Origin: Mobula hypostoma
Taxonomy: Eukaryota
Direction of reading: 5' to 3'
Length of the DNA stretch: 64,000 nucleotides
Assembly (NCBI RefSeq): GCF_963921235.1
Contig: NC_086098.1
Span: 6,944,001 to 7,008,000 of the forward strand
A program made the translations under genes and the position numbers. Below the pieces are notes generated by a model. The model did not search any database. It was given only the letters and a program-made list of their open reading frames with translations, and had not been told where the DNA came from. Shown here piece after piece: positions 47,081-60,026 of this stretch (its first letter is position 1; each line of letters starts with the position of its first letter).

Positions 47081-47866
47081 CCCACTATCGTGGGGTTCAC
47101 CTGTATCAGAATCGGCAGGATATGCCATGAAATTTGTTGTTATATGGCAGCAGTGCGTTGCAATCTATAATGATAAAACTACATTACAGTAAGAAGCACA
47201 TGTTTCTTAATGTAATATAATTTTATTATTATGTAATGCAATGTACTGCTGCCATATTTTATATTTAAAATTAAATAATTATTGCAAAAAAGTTTGCAAG
47301 TTCACCTTTGTACATTAGCCTTGGCTCAGTATTGGGTTCTTGCCTTTGAGTTTGAAAGCCAGATGTACAAGCCTTCCCTCAGAGACTCCATATGTAAATA
47401 ACGGACTTCACTGTAGGTAAATTGGTTGCCTTATTGTTCACCTTTCGCCTCCCGTGAACTTCATTGATGGTAAAGAGTTTGTAGAATTTTGCTCTTTATG
47501 TTAATTATTGGCAGTCAGTAACCTGGAGCTTGCTCTCCTTCCCCATTCGCCAACTTCTTATGATGGCTTCTGCGCTTTCTTTTGCAGTCCAGATGAAGGG
47601 CCTCGGCCCAAAGCGTCTTGATACACACTGTCTGACCTGCTGAGTTTCCCCAGCATCTTGTGGGTGTTACTGTACTATCCTTGTTCTTGTACAGGTCCAT
47701 ATTGTGATTGGTAAAACAGGTGAGCTTCCCGGTTGATAAATGGAAGCATTTACTTACCATAGGACACAGGAGCAGTATTAGGCCGTTTGCTCCATCCCTC
47801 TCAACCCATTCCCCCATTCTCCAGCTTTCTCCCTGTAACCTTAATAATCTACTCCTTAATAATCAA

Positions 47867-48147
47867 AATGTGTGGCGCGTGGCCAAGTGGTTAGGGCGTT
47901 GGGCTCACGATCACGTGGGTTCGAGTGTCGGCCAAGGCAGCGTGTTGTGTCTTTGAGAAAGGCACTTATCTACACACTGCTCCAGTCCAACCAGCTGAAA
48001 ATGGGTACCGGCAAATGCTAGGGGTTAACCTCGCGATAGGCTGGCCTCCTATCTGGGGCGGGTGGGGGGGGGAAGTCTCGTACTGTACTTTCAGTCGCTT
48101 CACGCCACAGAAACCGGCATAATGATGGGCCCTGTTCAGACTTTAAC
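47867..48147 (+). mobile_element. tRNA-derived SINE (CORE-like body) inserted in a minus-strand CR1 remnant (47755-48540)
   Basis: A box TGGCCAAGTGG, B box GGTTCGAGT; 10-bp TSD TAATAATCAA (47857-47866, 48148-48157). Confidence 0.85.
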
Positions 48148-48780
48148 TAATAATCAAGAACCTATCAACCTCTGCTTTAAATATACTCAGTGACTGGGCC
48201 TGCATGTGTGACAATGAATTACACAGATTCACCACATCGAAGAATTGAAGAAACCCCTCCACATCGCTGCTCTAAAGGGATGCCCTTGTATTCTGAGGCT
48301 GTGCTCTCTGGTCATAGACTCCCCCACCAACCTATCCAGACCTTTCAATATTCTATTTGATAGATAAAATGAGATTCCCCCGCCCCCCAATCTTCTAAAC
48401 TCCAATGAGTAAAGGCCCAGAGTCATCAAACATTAACCCTTTCATTCCTTTACGCCCTCTCCAATGCCAGCACATCCTTTCTTAGATAAAACTATTCACA
48501 ATACTTCAAATGCAGTCTAACCAATGCCTTATAAAGACTCATATTGGATTGGGAGCAAAAAAGAAATGGAGACTGGTTGTACTGTATAAATTGCAAGTCA
48601 AAATATTTTGTTCTCGTGCATGTTCACAGTGTTTGCTCCCAAGTCCCATCCATCAAGAAATTTCTGTCGTGATGCAGATGTTGTTTCTTATTATTTGTGC
48701 ACATAATGACATCATCAATCTGTACAGCAATTTCTAATAATATACCAATAAATATTGGATCGTAATTTTATTTATTTATT

Positions 48781-51700
48781 GTTGTTGTTGTTGTTCGTCC
48801 TTCGTAGTCGAAGATGACCATGGCTTCAAAGTCAAATGGGAGATTGGTGGCTGTGGGTCCGGAGGTGACTGATGAGGCCAATCCGGGCCCTGAAGGCTCG
48901 CCCACATGTGGGATACAAGTGGGTGGGTGCTGTCATGGCAGTGGGTGCTGCTCGGGCCTTGCGCACAGCACGCTTTCGTTGCGCCTGGATGATGCGCCTG
49001 ACTTCAGCTGCACGGGCTCCTGTGGTGATCTTGCTGCGCCAAGCTGGACGGTCGAGGGCAAGCATCTCCCACGTGTTGATGTCGACACCTAGGCCTTTGA
49101 GGGACGCTTTGAGGCAGTCTTTGTAACGTTTCTTCTGCCCCCCGACTGAGTGCTTGCCCTGACACAGTTCTCCGTACAGCAGCTGCTCAGGCAATCGGCT
49201 GTCTGGCATTCTGACCACATGTCCAGCCCACCTGGCTTGGGCTTTCAGCAGGAGGGTGTAGACGCTGCAGAGCCCAGCTCGTTCCAGGATTTCCGTGTCG
49301 GGGACTTTGTCCTGTCACCTGATGTGGAAGAATCTGCGGAGACAGCTCAGGTGAAAGTGGTTGAGCTGTTTGGCGTGTCTGCTGTAGACAGTCCAGGTCT
49401 CGCTGGCGTAAAGGAGGGTGGTAAGGACCACTGCACAGTAGACCTTCAGCTTGGTGGTAAGACTGTGTCCTCTCCGCTCCCAGACATTCTCACGAAGTCT
49501 CCCAAAGGCGGCGCTGGCTTTGGCAATCCTGTTGTTGACCTCAACGTCTATGTTCACTGCGCGAGAGAGTATGCTGCCCAGGTAGGTGAAGTTGTCGACT
49601 GCCTGGAGGTTCTGGCCCTTCACCGTGATGCGCGGCTCCTGGTATGGCTTTCCTGGGGCAGGCTGGTACATAACTTCGGTCTTTTTGGTGCTGATAGTGA
49701 GACCGAAGTTGTCGCAGGCTTGTGAGAAGCAGTCTATTTCACGCCGCATCTCCTGCTCTGTGCTGGCGTTGAGTGCACAGTCGTCAGCAAACAAGAAGTC
49801 TCTGATGACAGTCTCTCGCACCTTTGTAACTGCCTGCAGGGACCTAAGGTTGAACAACCTGCCGTCAGTCCTGTACCTGACGTGGATTCCTTCTTCGTAG
49901 TTACGGAAGGCATCTGTCAGCATGGCAGAGAATACCATACTGAACAGAGTCGGGGCAAGAACGCAGCCTTGTTGGACGCCATTTGTCACTGGGAAGGCCT
50001 CCGACTCGTCGCCGTCATCCAGAACTTTCACCATCATACCGTCGTGGAACTGCCGGACGATTGTGATGAACTTGCTGGGGCAGCCAAACTTCTCCATGAT
50101 CTTCCACAAGCCTTCTCTGCTGACCGTATCGAAAGCCTTGGTTAGATCGACAAAGGTCACGAAGAGGTCGCTGTGTTGCTCCTGGCATTTTTCCTGGAGT
50201 TGGCGCGCAGCAAAAATCATGTCCGCCGTCCCACGTTCAGCACGGAAGCCGCACTGGCTTTCTGGGAGCAGACCTTGCTCAAGATGTTGGAGAAGGCGGT
50301 TGAGCAGGACGCGGGCCAGAATCTTCCCCGCAATGGACAAGAGGGAGATGCCTCGGTGGTTGTCGCAAGACTGGCGGTTGCGTTTCCTCTTGTAGATGTG
50401 GACTATGCTGGCATCTTTCAGCTGTTGCGGGACCTGTCCCTTTTTCCACATGGACTGGAAGAGTACAGTCAGCTTTTACATCATGACAGGGCCTCCTGCT
50501 TTGTATACCTCAGCAGGGATTGCATCGGGTCCTGGCGCTTTGCCACAGGAGAGTTGCTTCACTGCCTTCCTGACTTCATCTACTGTGGGGAGGGTGTCGA
50601 GGTTCTTGTTGATCTCTACCTGGGGCAGGCGGGCAATGGTCTCGTCGTTGATGTCGGCAGGGCGGTTAAGGACGTCGTTAAAGTGCTCAGCCCACCGATC
50701 CAGAATCTGCTTCTTCTCTGTCAGCAGCTGCGTCTCATCTGCGTTGAGGAGGGGTGAGGAGCCGGAGGACTGGGGTCTGTATACAGCCTTAAGTGCATCG
50801 TAGAAGCGCTTTATGTCGTGGCTGTCTGCATAGCCCTGGATTTCATCGGCCTTCTTGCTGAACCAGCTGTCCTGCATCTCCCGAAGTTTTTTCTGCACCT
50901 TTCTTCTTGCGTTGGTAAAGGCATCTTTCTTGGCTAGCGACGTGGGGTCGTTCTGATGCGCTCTGTAATGTTGATGTTTCTCCATTAGTAGTGCCTGTAT
51001 TTCTTCATCATTCTCATCAAACCAGTCTTGGTTTCTTCGGGTTGCTGGTCCGAGATGTTCGAGGGTGGTAGTGTAGACAGCGTCTCTGAAGGCCGTCCAC
51101 TGTTCCTCAACGGTGGTCCCGTCTTCCTGTGGTGTGTCTGGCAGTCTGCCTTCAAGGTCATCGATGAATTCTTCTGCAACCCTGCTGCTTTTCAGCTTGG
51201 AGACATTCAGTCTCTTTGCAGTCTTCTGCCCTTGGGGTCTTCTCATGGGCAGAATGCGAAGCCTGAACTTGGACACAATGAGGCGGTGATCGGTCCAGCA
51301 GTTGGCACCACACATGGCTCTCGTCACTCTGACATCCATCCTGTCCCTCTTCCTGGTGATGATGTAGTCAATCAGATGCCAGTGCTTCGAGCGTGGGTGC
51401 ATTCATGACGTCTTCTTACGGGTGGGTAGGCGGAACAGGGTGTTGGTGATGACAAGGTCGTGTGTGGCACACGTCTTGAGGAGCAGAAGGCCGTTGTTGT
51501 TACACTTGCCAGTGCCGTGTCTTCCAATGATCCCTTCCCAGGTTTGGTAGTCTGTCCCTACTCTGGCATTGAAGCCCCCGAGAACGATGAGCTTCTCTGA
51601 CTGTGGGATTGCTGAGATGAGGGCGTCGAGTTCTTCATAGAACTTGTCTTTAATGTCATCTGGGTTGGTCATGGTGGGAGTGTAGGCACTAATCAGTGTA

Positions 51701-52473
51701 GCACTCTTCTTGTTTGCAAGTGGGAGCTGAAGAGTCATCAGGCGGTCGTTGATGCTCTCTGGGTGCTTGGTGAGTTTACGGGCGAGGTTAGAATTGATGG
51801 CAAATCCCACGCCTGCTTCTCGTCGTTCAGCGCTGCTGCGACCGCTCCAGAAGAACGTGTATCCGCCACTACGTTCTGTCAGCTGGCCCTTGTCTGCCAG
51901 GTGCGTTTCACTGAGAGCTGCTATGTCCACGTTGTAGCGAGCTAGCTCTTTTACAACCAGTGCAGTTCTTCTCTCTGGTCTGTCTGCCTTGATGTTATCT
52001 CGCAGAGTTCTCACGTTCCATGTGCCAAGGTTGAGCACCATCACTTTCTTCTTCACTGTTGTAGGTCGACCGCTGTGAGGGATCCCCACCAGCCGCGGTA
52101 AGCTGGCCAGGGTGAAGTGAAGCAGACTATATTTGAGGCACCTTTTCCAGCCTCTTCCTCCATGGAGGTGAGCAGAGCGATGCTAAAGAGGGCTGCTCAG
52201 ACACCCAGGGGGCTGCCGAACTCAACTGCTGCTTCAGTCCAGTAGAGAGCGACCCTACGCCCTGGGCCGCCTGTGTGCAGGTTTGTGACTACAGCTTCCA
52301 GTGTATCCGTACCTGCTGCTTCGCCACTCCCCCATCGCCACAGGACTTTAGGTTGCGCGTTGGGTTTGAAGTCATGACTTGCGCTTGACTTGGATTAGTG
52401 AAGGAGAGTTGCTCAGGTCATCCGCTTCACTCTCTCGTCCCGGCATATCTGGACCCAGTGGCAAGACATAGTC
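48781..52473 (-). mobile_element. Near-full-length RTE-clade LINE
   Basis: ~380-bp 5' UTR, single ORF, short 3' UTR and (CAA)n tail. Probable TSD ATTTATT (48774-48780, 52474-52480) within a V-SINE tail. Confidence 0.95.
48832..52089 (-). pseudogene. RTE ORF: APE endonuclease + reverse transcriptase + C-terminal Cys/His motif (1086 codons, three premature stops)
   Basis: ORFs 51403-52089, 50476-51402, 49315-50451 and 48832-49218 are all in one frame. Motifs LGTWNVRTL, TDH, HRGISLLS, FVDLTKAFD, GVQQGCVLAP, LFADDCAL. Confidence 0.93.
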
Positions 52474-52689
52474 ATTTATTAAGACAGTGCAGAATAGACC
52501 TTTCTAGCCCTTCATGCCACACTGCCCAGCAACCGCCAGTTTAATCCTAGCCTAATCACAGGACAACTTACAATGACCAATTAACCTACCAACCACTACG
52601 TTGACTGTGGAAGCAAACTGGAGCACCCTGAGACTACAGGATTTGTAAGGTTAGCTTTATTGTCACATGTCAAATGAAATACAGTGAAA

Positions 52690-53060
52690 TCGAATGTTGA
52701 AAGGCATGGACAGAGTGGATGTGGCAAAGTTGTTTCCCATGATGGGGGAGTCTAGTACGAGAGGGCATAACTTAAGGATTGAAGGGCGCCCATTCAGAAC
52801 AGAGATGCGAAGAAATTTTTTTAGTCAGAGGGTGGTGAATCTATGGAATTTGTTGCCATGGGCAGCAGTGGAGGCCAAGTCATTGGGTGTATTTAAGGCA
52901 GAGATTGGTAGGTATCTGAGTAGCCAGGGCATCAAAGGTTATGGTGAGAAGGAGGGGGAGTGGGACTAAATAGGAGAATGGATCAGCTCATGATAAAATG
53001 ACAGAGCACACTCGATGGGCTGAATGGCTGACTTCTCCTCCTTTGTCTTGTGGTCTTATG
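52690..53060 (+). mobile_element. CR1 3' fragment
   Basis: ORF 52694-52969 (FRTEMRRNFFSQRVVNLWNLLP); ggtcttat tail. Confidence 0.88.
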
Positions 53061-54099
53061 TTTACCGAAACATACAGTGAAACCTGTCGTCCGTGTCAAC
53101 AACCAACACAGCCTGAGAATGTGCTGGGGGCAGCCTGCAAGAGTAGGCATGCTTCCAGTGCCAACACAGCATGCCCACAACTCATTAACCCTAATTGTAT
53201 TATAGCGGCCAATTCTAAACCAAGCCAAATTCGCCGCTGCTGGCAACCTCCACAGATTTGTTATACTTGTGTGACACGCTCTCAGCCCCAGCAACGCTTG
53301 TTCCAAAACTCAATCCTTTATCAGCAATTAGCTAACATACTATCTTGAAGTGATGAAACTTTAACGTACCCAAGTATAAGTTAAGCGTAATTGAGCGGTT
53401 AACAAAAGATACGACATCCGTTGGTCCCCAGCTGCAAAGTGCCAGGAACAAAATACAAGAGCATAACTTAATCTCTTTGCTTTTACCATACTCCCCACCC
53501 ACGTGGCTAGTTACCATAACAAACTCCTTGCAGACGGTGGCAGGTAGTGAATCTGGATCACCGCTGCTGTAAAGTATTATGCTAACCGCTATCCTACAAC
53601 ACATGACCTTCATTATTAACTTACAGTTAACATCGTGCGGAAAGGGAGGAAGATTAGGAAGTGAGCTCAGCACAGATTAGATGGGCCGAATGGCTTATTT
53701 CTGTACTGTACATTTATCTGACACTATGAATTCAGGAATCTACACAGGGATATTAATTTTATATTCTCCATCCACTGGTGTGTTTTCCTCTGCAGATGTT
53801 CCACACTTGAAGGTAGCAGCCTATTTCATTCTGTGGCCAAGGTGACACAGTGGAGTGGTTATCGGCAGCATGAGATCTGTGCTTGTCCTTCATTAACATT
53901 GGATTCCCACTGTCTATCAGTGATTATATAAAAATACAAGCCAGCATAGGAAAGATAAACTACAAGGAAAGCAACAAAGATATACAATGGACTCAATGAA
54001 AATCTACAGTCTTTGAGTCTATTGTATTTCTTTGTTCTGCTGTGAATGCCTGCAAGAAAATGAATCTCAGGGTTGTATATGGTGATATAGATGTACTTT

Positions 54100-54706
54100 T
54101 TAGAACATAGAATGGTACAGCACAGTACAGGCCCTTTCGCCCACATTGTTCTGCCGACCCTCAAACCTGCCTCCCATATAACCCCACACCTTAAATTCCT
54201 CCATATACCTGTCTAGTAGACTTTCACACTTCACTAGTGTATCTGCCTCCACCACTGACTCAGGCAGTGCATTCCACGCACCAACCACTCTCTGAGTAAA
54301 AAACCTTCCTCTAATATCCCCCTTGAACTTCCCACCCCTTACCTTAAAGCCATGTCCTCTTGTATTGAGCAGTGGTGCCCTGGGGAAGAGGCGCTGGCTA
54401 TCCACTCTATCTATTCCTCTTATTATCTTGTATACCTCTATCATGTCTCCTCTCATCCTCCTTCTCTCCAAAGAGTAAAGCACTAGCTCCCTTAATCTCT
54501 GATCATGATCCACACTCTCTAAACCAGGCAGCATCTTGGTAAATCTCCTCTGTACCCTTTCCAATGCTTCCACATCCTTCCTATAGTGAGGCGACCAGAA
54601 CTGGACACAATACTCCAAGTGTGGCCTAACCAGAGTTTTATAGAGCTGCATCATTACCTCTTGACTCTTAAACACTATCCCTCGACTTATGAAAGCTAAT
54701 ACCCCT
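54100..54706 (-). mobile_element. Young CR1 3' fragment
   Basis: Almost identical to the 3' end of the 12.2-14.6 kb CR1. Confidence 0.93.
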
Positions 54707-54874
54707 TTGATAATAAATTTACTTTGAAATTTGATGTAACAATTCTGTACCCCAATCCACACCACTAAACAGCCATGTTTGACAAGCCACCTCCCCATTC
54801 ACCCCTCTCTTCCGCATTCCACTCCTCACTTTTCTCCTTCCCTCTGTAGTTCCCCTCATCTCCATCCAGGAAAC

Positions 54875-55108
54875 AGTACCGCAGCATAAAAGCCAGGACC
54901 AACAGGCTCCAGGACAGCTTCTTCCACCAGGCCATCAGACTGATAAACTCACGCTGATTTGAGTGTACTCTATATTACATTGACTGTTCTATTTATTATA
55001 AATTACCATAATTGCACATGGCACAATTAGATGGAGACGTAACATAAAGATTTTTAGTCCTCATGTATATGAAGGATGTAAGAAATAAAGTCAATTCAAT
55101 TCAATTCA
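54875..55108 (+). mobile_element. Rex1-type 3' end with (CAATT)n tail
   Basis: YRSIKARTNRLQDSFFHQAIRLINSR*, then aataaagtcaattcaattcaattc. Confidence 0.8.
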
Positions 55109-55154
55109 ACAACCGCAGTGGCTGAATTTATGTTCACTTTTGTGTGTCATCTTT

Positions 55155-55740
55155 TAAGACCATAGTTCATAGTTGTAGAATTCGGCCATTCAGTGCATCG
55201 AGTCTGCTCTGCCATTCCATCATCCCATTAGATCCTTCTCAACCCCATTCTATTTCCTTCTCCCTTACTAATATAGAACCTATCAACTTTTGGTTTAAAT
55301 ATTTCCAATGACTTGGCCTCCACAGCCTTCTGTGGCAATGAATTCCACAGATTCACCTCCCTCTAGCTAAAGAAATTCCTCGTCATCTCTGTTCTAAATG
55401 GATATCCCTCTATTCTGAAGCTGTGGCCTCTGGTTCTAGACTCTCACACTATTGGAAACATCCTCCCCACTTCCACTCTATCTAGGCCTTTCAGTATTCA
55501 ATATGTTTCAGTGAGTCACCCTATTCTTCTATACTCCAGTGAGTACAGGCCAGAGCTACTAAACTCCCCTCTTACATCAACCCTTTCATTCCCAGGATCA
55601 ATTTCGTGAACTTCCTCTCGACCCTTTCCAATGCCAGCACATCCTTTCTGAGATAAGGGGTCCAAAACTGCTCATAATAATTCCAAGTGTGGTCTGACCA
55701 ACGCCTTATAAAACCGCAATGTAGCCTTATAAAGCCTTCG
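55155..55740 (-). mobile_element. CR1 3' fragment
   Basis: QFWTPYLRKDVLALERVERKFTKLILGMKGL. Confidence 0.85.
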
Positions 55741-56630
55741 CACATAGGATACTCCTGTAATAATGAGGTGCTCATAATATTATGATGAGTCCTTATGAAG
55801 GACCTCAGCGTGAAACTTTGACTGTTTGTTCTTCTCCATAGATGCTGCCTGACCTGCTGAGTTCTTCCTGCATTTTGTATGTGTTTCGCATGATATTTGT
55901 CCCATTTGCTTTTGATTGCACTTCTTAATTTTCATATCAAAGTCAGAAAGCCAGGGATTTACCAAGGAGTGATCACATTTGGTTTATTCCAACTTTCCAT
56001 CTTTGTCATACATATTTATTACTATTTTGTTTCAGTTGACGGAATCTATCATAATTCAATCTCCATCAGAGAGAAAATCCAATGGAAGGTGACACGTTGT
56101 TTATCCCCAGTTTCAGTATTGTATATACATTTGTTGTCATATACCAGATTGTCATTACCTATATCAATGACAATAGCCTGATATAAACAGGTCTGCATAA
56201 AATGGAATACTGCCTACTGTGTGAGGCATCATAAGTGGATTGTATTTGGGCCTCTGCTGTTACCGTGTGATGGAAGAGGTTTTGAATCGCTAAGCTCTGG
56301 ACCCCTGCTACCCTTGCTTGGCAACTGAGAAAAGGATTGATTTTATGCGCTGAGATATGGGAATGTATTGCCATCTTATTCAACAGTATTAATGACATTT
56401 TTCATCCTTGGCGATATGTTTCCCACTTTCTCATGTTACAGAGAAATCCACATGGGGCACCACAGCAGTGTAACAGTTGGAATAGGTGCATTGCTGTGTG
56501 GGGCAGCTCGCTGGGCCGGAAGGGCCTGTTCTGTATCTCTAAATAAATAAAATTTTTACATGACATTACATTCAGACATCTAATAAAACTTTGAAAAAAT
56601 AAGCTCCCTTTCACTTCTATTCAGCAATAT

Positions 56631-56960
56631 TTAGATTATAAGGACACTCAGTCCTCGTTTATTGTCATTTGGAAATGCATGCATTAAGAAATGATTCAAT
56701 GTTCCTCCAGAGTGATATCAAACCAAAGACTAACACTGACAAGACCACATAATTATAACATATAGTTACAGCAGTGCAAAGCAATACTGTAATTTGACGA
56801 AGAGCAGACCATGGGCACGGTAAAAGAAAGTCTCAAAGTTCCGATCGACTCCCGATAGTCCCCGATAGCAGGCGGCAAAAGGGAGAAACTCTCCCTGCCG
56901 TAAACCTCCAGGCACTGACAACTGCCGATGCATTGGAAGCACCCGACCACAGCTGACTCT
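56631..56960 (-). mobile_element. 5'-truncated copy of the (TCTAA)-tailed ORF-less retroposon
   Basis: Homologous to 23540-23890. It interrupts one copy of a local duplication whose other copy (59149-) is empty. Confidence 0.8.
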
Positions 56961-57451
56961 AAGTATATTTTCATTAGAGAGAGATATTTCCCAATTATAT
57001 GTGTATATTACATGTTTAACGTCCAGTGCATCAATTACTGTGGAATTGACTCTTATCATCATCTCTCTAGTAGCAAATGTGGCCCATTCATGTTCAGTTG
57101 ATTTAATTAAGTTTAAGGTTGCCTTTGTTTTCTAAGCCCAGCACATCAGATACTGTACCGTTGTCTCTATCATCTTCTCTCTAGTCACGTACACCCAGTG
57201 GCCACTTTATTAGGTATACTTGTAAACTTGCTTACATGCAAATATCTAATCAGCCAATCACGTGGCAGCAAATTAATGCATAAAGCCATACAGTTATGGT
57301 CAAGAGGTTCAGTTGTTGTTCAGACCAAACATCAGAATGGGGAAGAAATGTGATCAAAGTGACTTTGATCTTGAAATGATTGTTGGTGCCAGCCGGGGTG
57401 GTTTGAGTATCTCAGAAACTGCAGATCTCCTGGGATTTTCACACTCTAGAA

Positions 57452-57628
57452 CAGGGGTTGGCAACTCTTTTGCCTCTGTATTAATGAGCAGACGGTGGGC
57501 CAGATAAATACCATAAAAAACTTGAAATATGGGAATTATCCATTTAAATACGTCTAGTTATGTTTTACCTCAAATTAATGAATAACGCATGCTAGAAAAT
57601 CATTTGTGCTTAAGGTTGCCTACCCCTG
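57452..57628. mobile_element. hAT Charlie-like MITE
   Basis: TIR CAGGGGTTGGCAAC / GTTGCCTACCCCTG; TSD ctctagaa / ctctgaaa (NTCTAGAN-type target). Confidence 0.8.
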
Positions 57629-57848
57629 CTCTGAAATTTACAAAGGATGGTGCAAAAAACAAAAAAAAAACATATAATGAGCAGCAGTTCCATTGGTTAA
57701 AATACCTTGTTGATAAGAGAGGTCAAAGGAGAATGTTCAGACTGGTTCAAGCTGACAGGAAAGTGACAGTAACTCAGATAACCACGTGTTACAACAGTGG
57801 TGTGCAGAAGAGCATTTCTGAATGCACAACATGTCAAACTTTAAAGTG

Positions 57849-58730
57849 CAAACCCGAAATCTGCAGATGCTGGAATTTCAAGCAACACACATACAAGTTG
57901 CTGGTGAACGCAGCAGGCCAGGCAGCATCTCTAGGAAGAGGTCCAGTTGACGTTTCGGGCTGAGACCCTTCGTCAGGACTAACTGAAAGAAGAGCAGGTA
58001 AGAGATTTGAAAGTGGGAGGGGGAGGGGAGATCCGAAATGATAGGAGAAGTCAGGAGGGGGAGGGATGGAGCCAAGAGCTGGAAAGTTGATTGGAAAAAG
58101 GGATCATGGGACAGATGGGAGACCTAGGGAGAAAGAAAGGGGGAGGGTGGAAGCCCAGAGGATGGGCAAGGAGTATAGTGAGAGGGACAGAGGGAGAAAA
58201 AGGAGAGAAAGAATGTGTGTATATAAATAAATAACGGATGGGATACGAGGGGGAGGTGGGGCATTAACGGAAGTTTGAGAAGTCAGTGTTAATGACATCA
58301 GGTTGGAGGTTACCCAGACGGAATATAAGGTGTTGTTCCTCCAACCTGAGTGTGGCTTCATCTTGACAGTAGAGGAGGCCGTGGTTAGACATATCAGAAT
58401 GGGAATGGGACGTGGAATTAAAATGTGTGCCCACTGGGAGATCCTGCTTTCTCTGGCGGACAGAGCGTAGGTGTTCAGCGAAACGGTCTCCCAGCCTGCG
58501 TCAGGTCTTGCCAATATACAGAAGGCCGCACCGGGAGCACCCTATGCAGTATATTACCCCAGCCGACTCACAGGTGAAGTGTCGCCTCACCTGGAAGGAC
58601 TGTCTGGGGCCCTGAATGGTGGTAAGGGAGGAAGTGTAAGGGCATGTGTAGCACTTGTTCGGCTTACAAGGTTAAGTGCCAGGAGGGAGATCGGTGGGAA
58701 GGGTTGGGGGGGGGGACGAATGGACAAATG
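57849..58730 (-). mobile_element. Penelope-like element 3' portion (GIY-YIG endonuclease + tail + hammerhead at 57945-57980)
   Basis: Translates CYTCPY...HFTCESAGVIYCIGCSRCGLLYIGKT*RRLGDRFAEH...HFN...LEEQHLIFRLG. Perfect 12-bp TSD AACTTTAAAGTG (57837-57848, 58731-58742). Confidence 0.93.
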
Positions 58731-59682
58731 AACTTTAAAGTGGATGTGCTACAGCAGTGGAAGATGATGAACGTACACTCAGTGGCCACTTTGTAAGGTA
58801 CAGGAGGTGTGTAATATGGTGGCCACTGAATGAGCTGCTCCCTTTTTATTTATTTTATTGAGATACAGCACAGAATAGGCGCCACCCAGCAACCCCCGAT
58901 TTAATCCTAGCCTAATCACAGGACAATTTACAATGACCAATTAACCTACCAACCCGCACATCTTTGGACTATGGGAGGAAACTGAAGCACCCGGAGGAAA
59001 TCCATGCGATCACGGGAGAAAATACAAACTTACTACAGGCAGCGGCAGGAATTCAACCTGTACTATAAAGCGTTGTGCTAACCACTACACTACACGTTGT
59101 CAACAATTGTTTTTCGAGGTTATATATTTTCCATTTACACTGTAAAAGAAAGCTCCCTTTCACTTCTATTCAGTGATGTTTTCATTAGAGAAAGAATTAT
59201 TTCCCAATTACATGTCTATATTTCAATGCCCAGTGCATCAAATACTGTGGAATTGACTCTTATCATCGTCTCTCTAGTAGCGCATGTGGCCCATTCACGT
59301 TCATTTGATTTAATTAAGTTTAAAGTTGCCTTTGTTTCGACTGAATTGAGTGAATGATTAAATGAGACAAAGTTTCACAATTTGGCAATGTTTATCTTAC
59401 AGTTGAGAGGGAAACCTGATCCAAGCATAATTCTGATCCAAGCATTACATTTCTTGGCAAAAGTAAGCATGCATTTATCAGGAGTCATCTGTACCTACAG
59501 TAAGGTCTAATTAGTTTTGGTTTTCTTTGGCAAGAAGTCAAGTTCAATCAGGCGTGATGTGCTTACTGTTCTTTATTCAAAGCACTTGCAATAATATCAT
59601 AGCAAGTCCCAGTAAAACTTCAGATTCACGAATCTAACAATGGTACACATCTGGCTCATTGTATTTACTTGACTACAAGTAC

Positions 59683-60026
59683 GCTCAGTGGCCACCATTT
59701 TAGGTGCCTCCTGTACAGAAATACCACTCACTGGATTTTTTTTTTGCTTTTCACACCATTCTCTGTAAACTCTAGAGACTGTTGTGAGTGAAAATCCCAA
59801 GAGATCAGCGGTTTCTGAGATACTCAAACCTCCCTGTCTGGCACCAACAAGTATTGCATGGTCAAAGTCACTTAATCCCCATTCTGATGTTTGGGCTGAA
59901 CAACAACTGAAACTCTTGACAATATCTACATTTTATGCATTGAGTTGCAGCCACATGATTGGCTGATTAGATATTTGCATTTATGAGTAGGTGTACAGGT
60001 GTACCTAATAAAGTGGCCACTGAGTG
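59683..60026 (-). mobile_element. Tc1-type element, internally deleted
   Basis: Both TIRs present; SISETADLLGFSLTTVSRVYREWCEK. Confidence 0.88.

Larger units (their letters stand above)
57192..58832 (+). mobile_element. Tc1-type element carrying two nested insertions
   Basis: TIR at 57192 and terminal palindrome at 58771-58832; the transposase remnant resumes after each insertion. Confidence 0.88.

Noticed and set aside
48814..51945. Long plus-strand ORFs over the RTE (e.g. 49150-49725, 50173-50757)
   Set aside because: They are antisense shadows of the GC-rich RTE coding frame.
52320..52473. HDV-like ribozyme at the RTE 5' end
   Set aside because: A CTAA/TCCA segment resembles J4/2-P2, but I could not build P1, P3/L3 and P1.1 by eye; not supported without a structure search.
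53793..53809. Possible 17-nt micro-exon (ttttcctctgcag...gtagca)
   Set aside because: Weak donor, not frame-preserving, and no supporting exons; RNA-seq would be needed.
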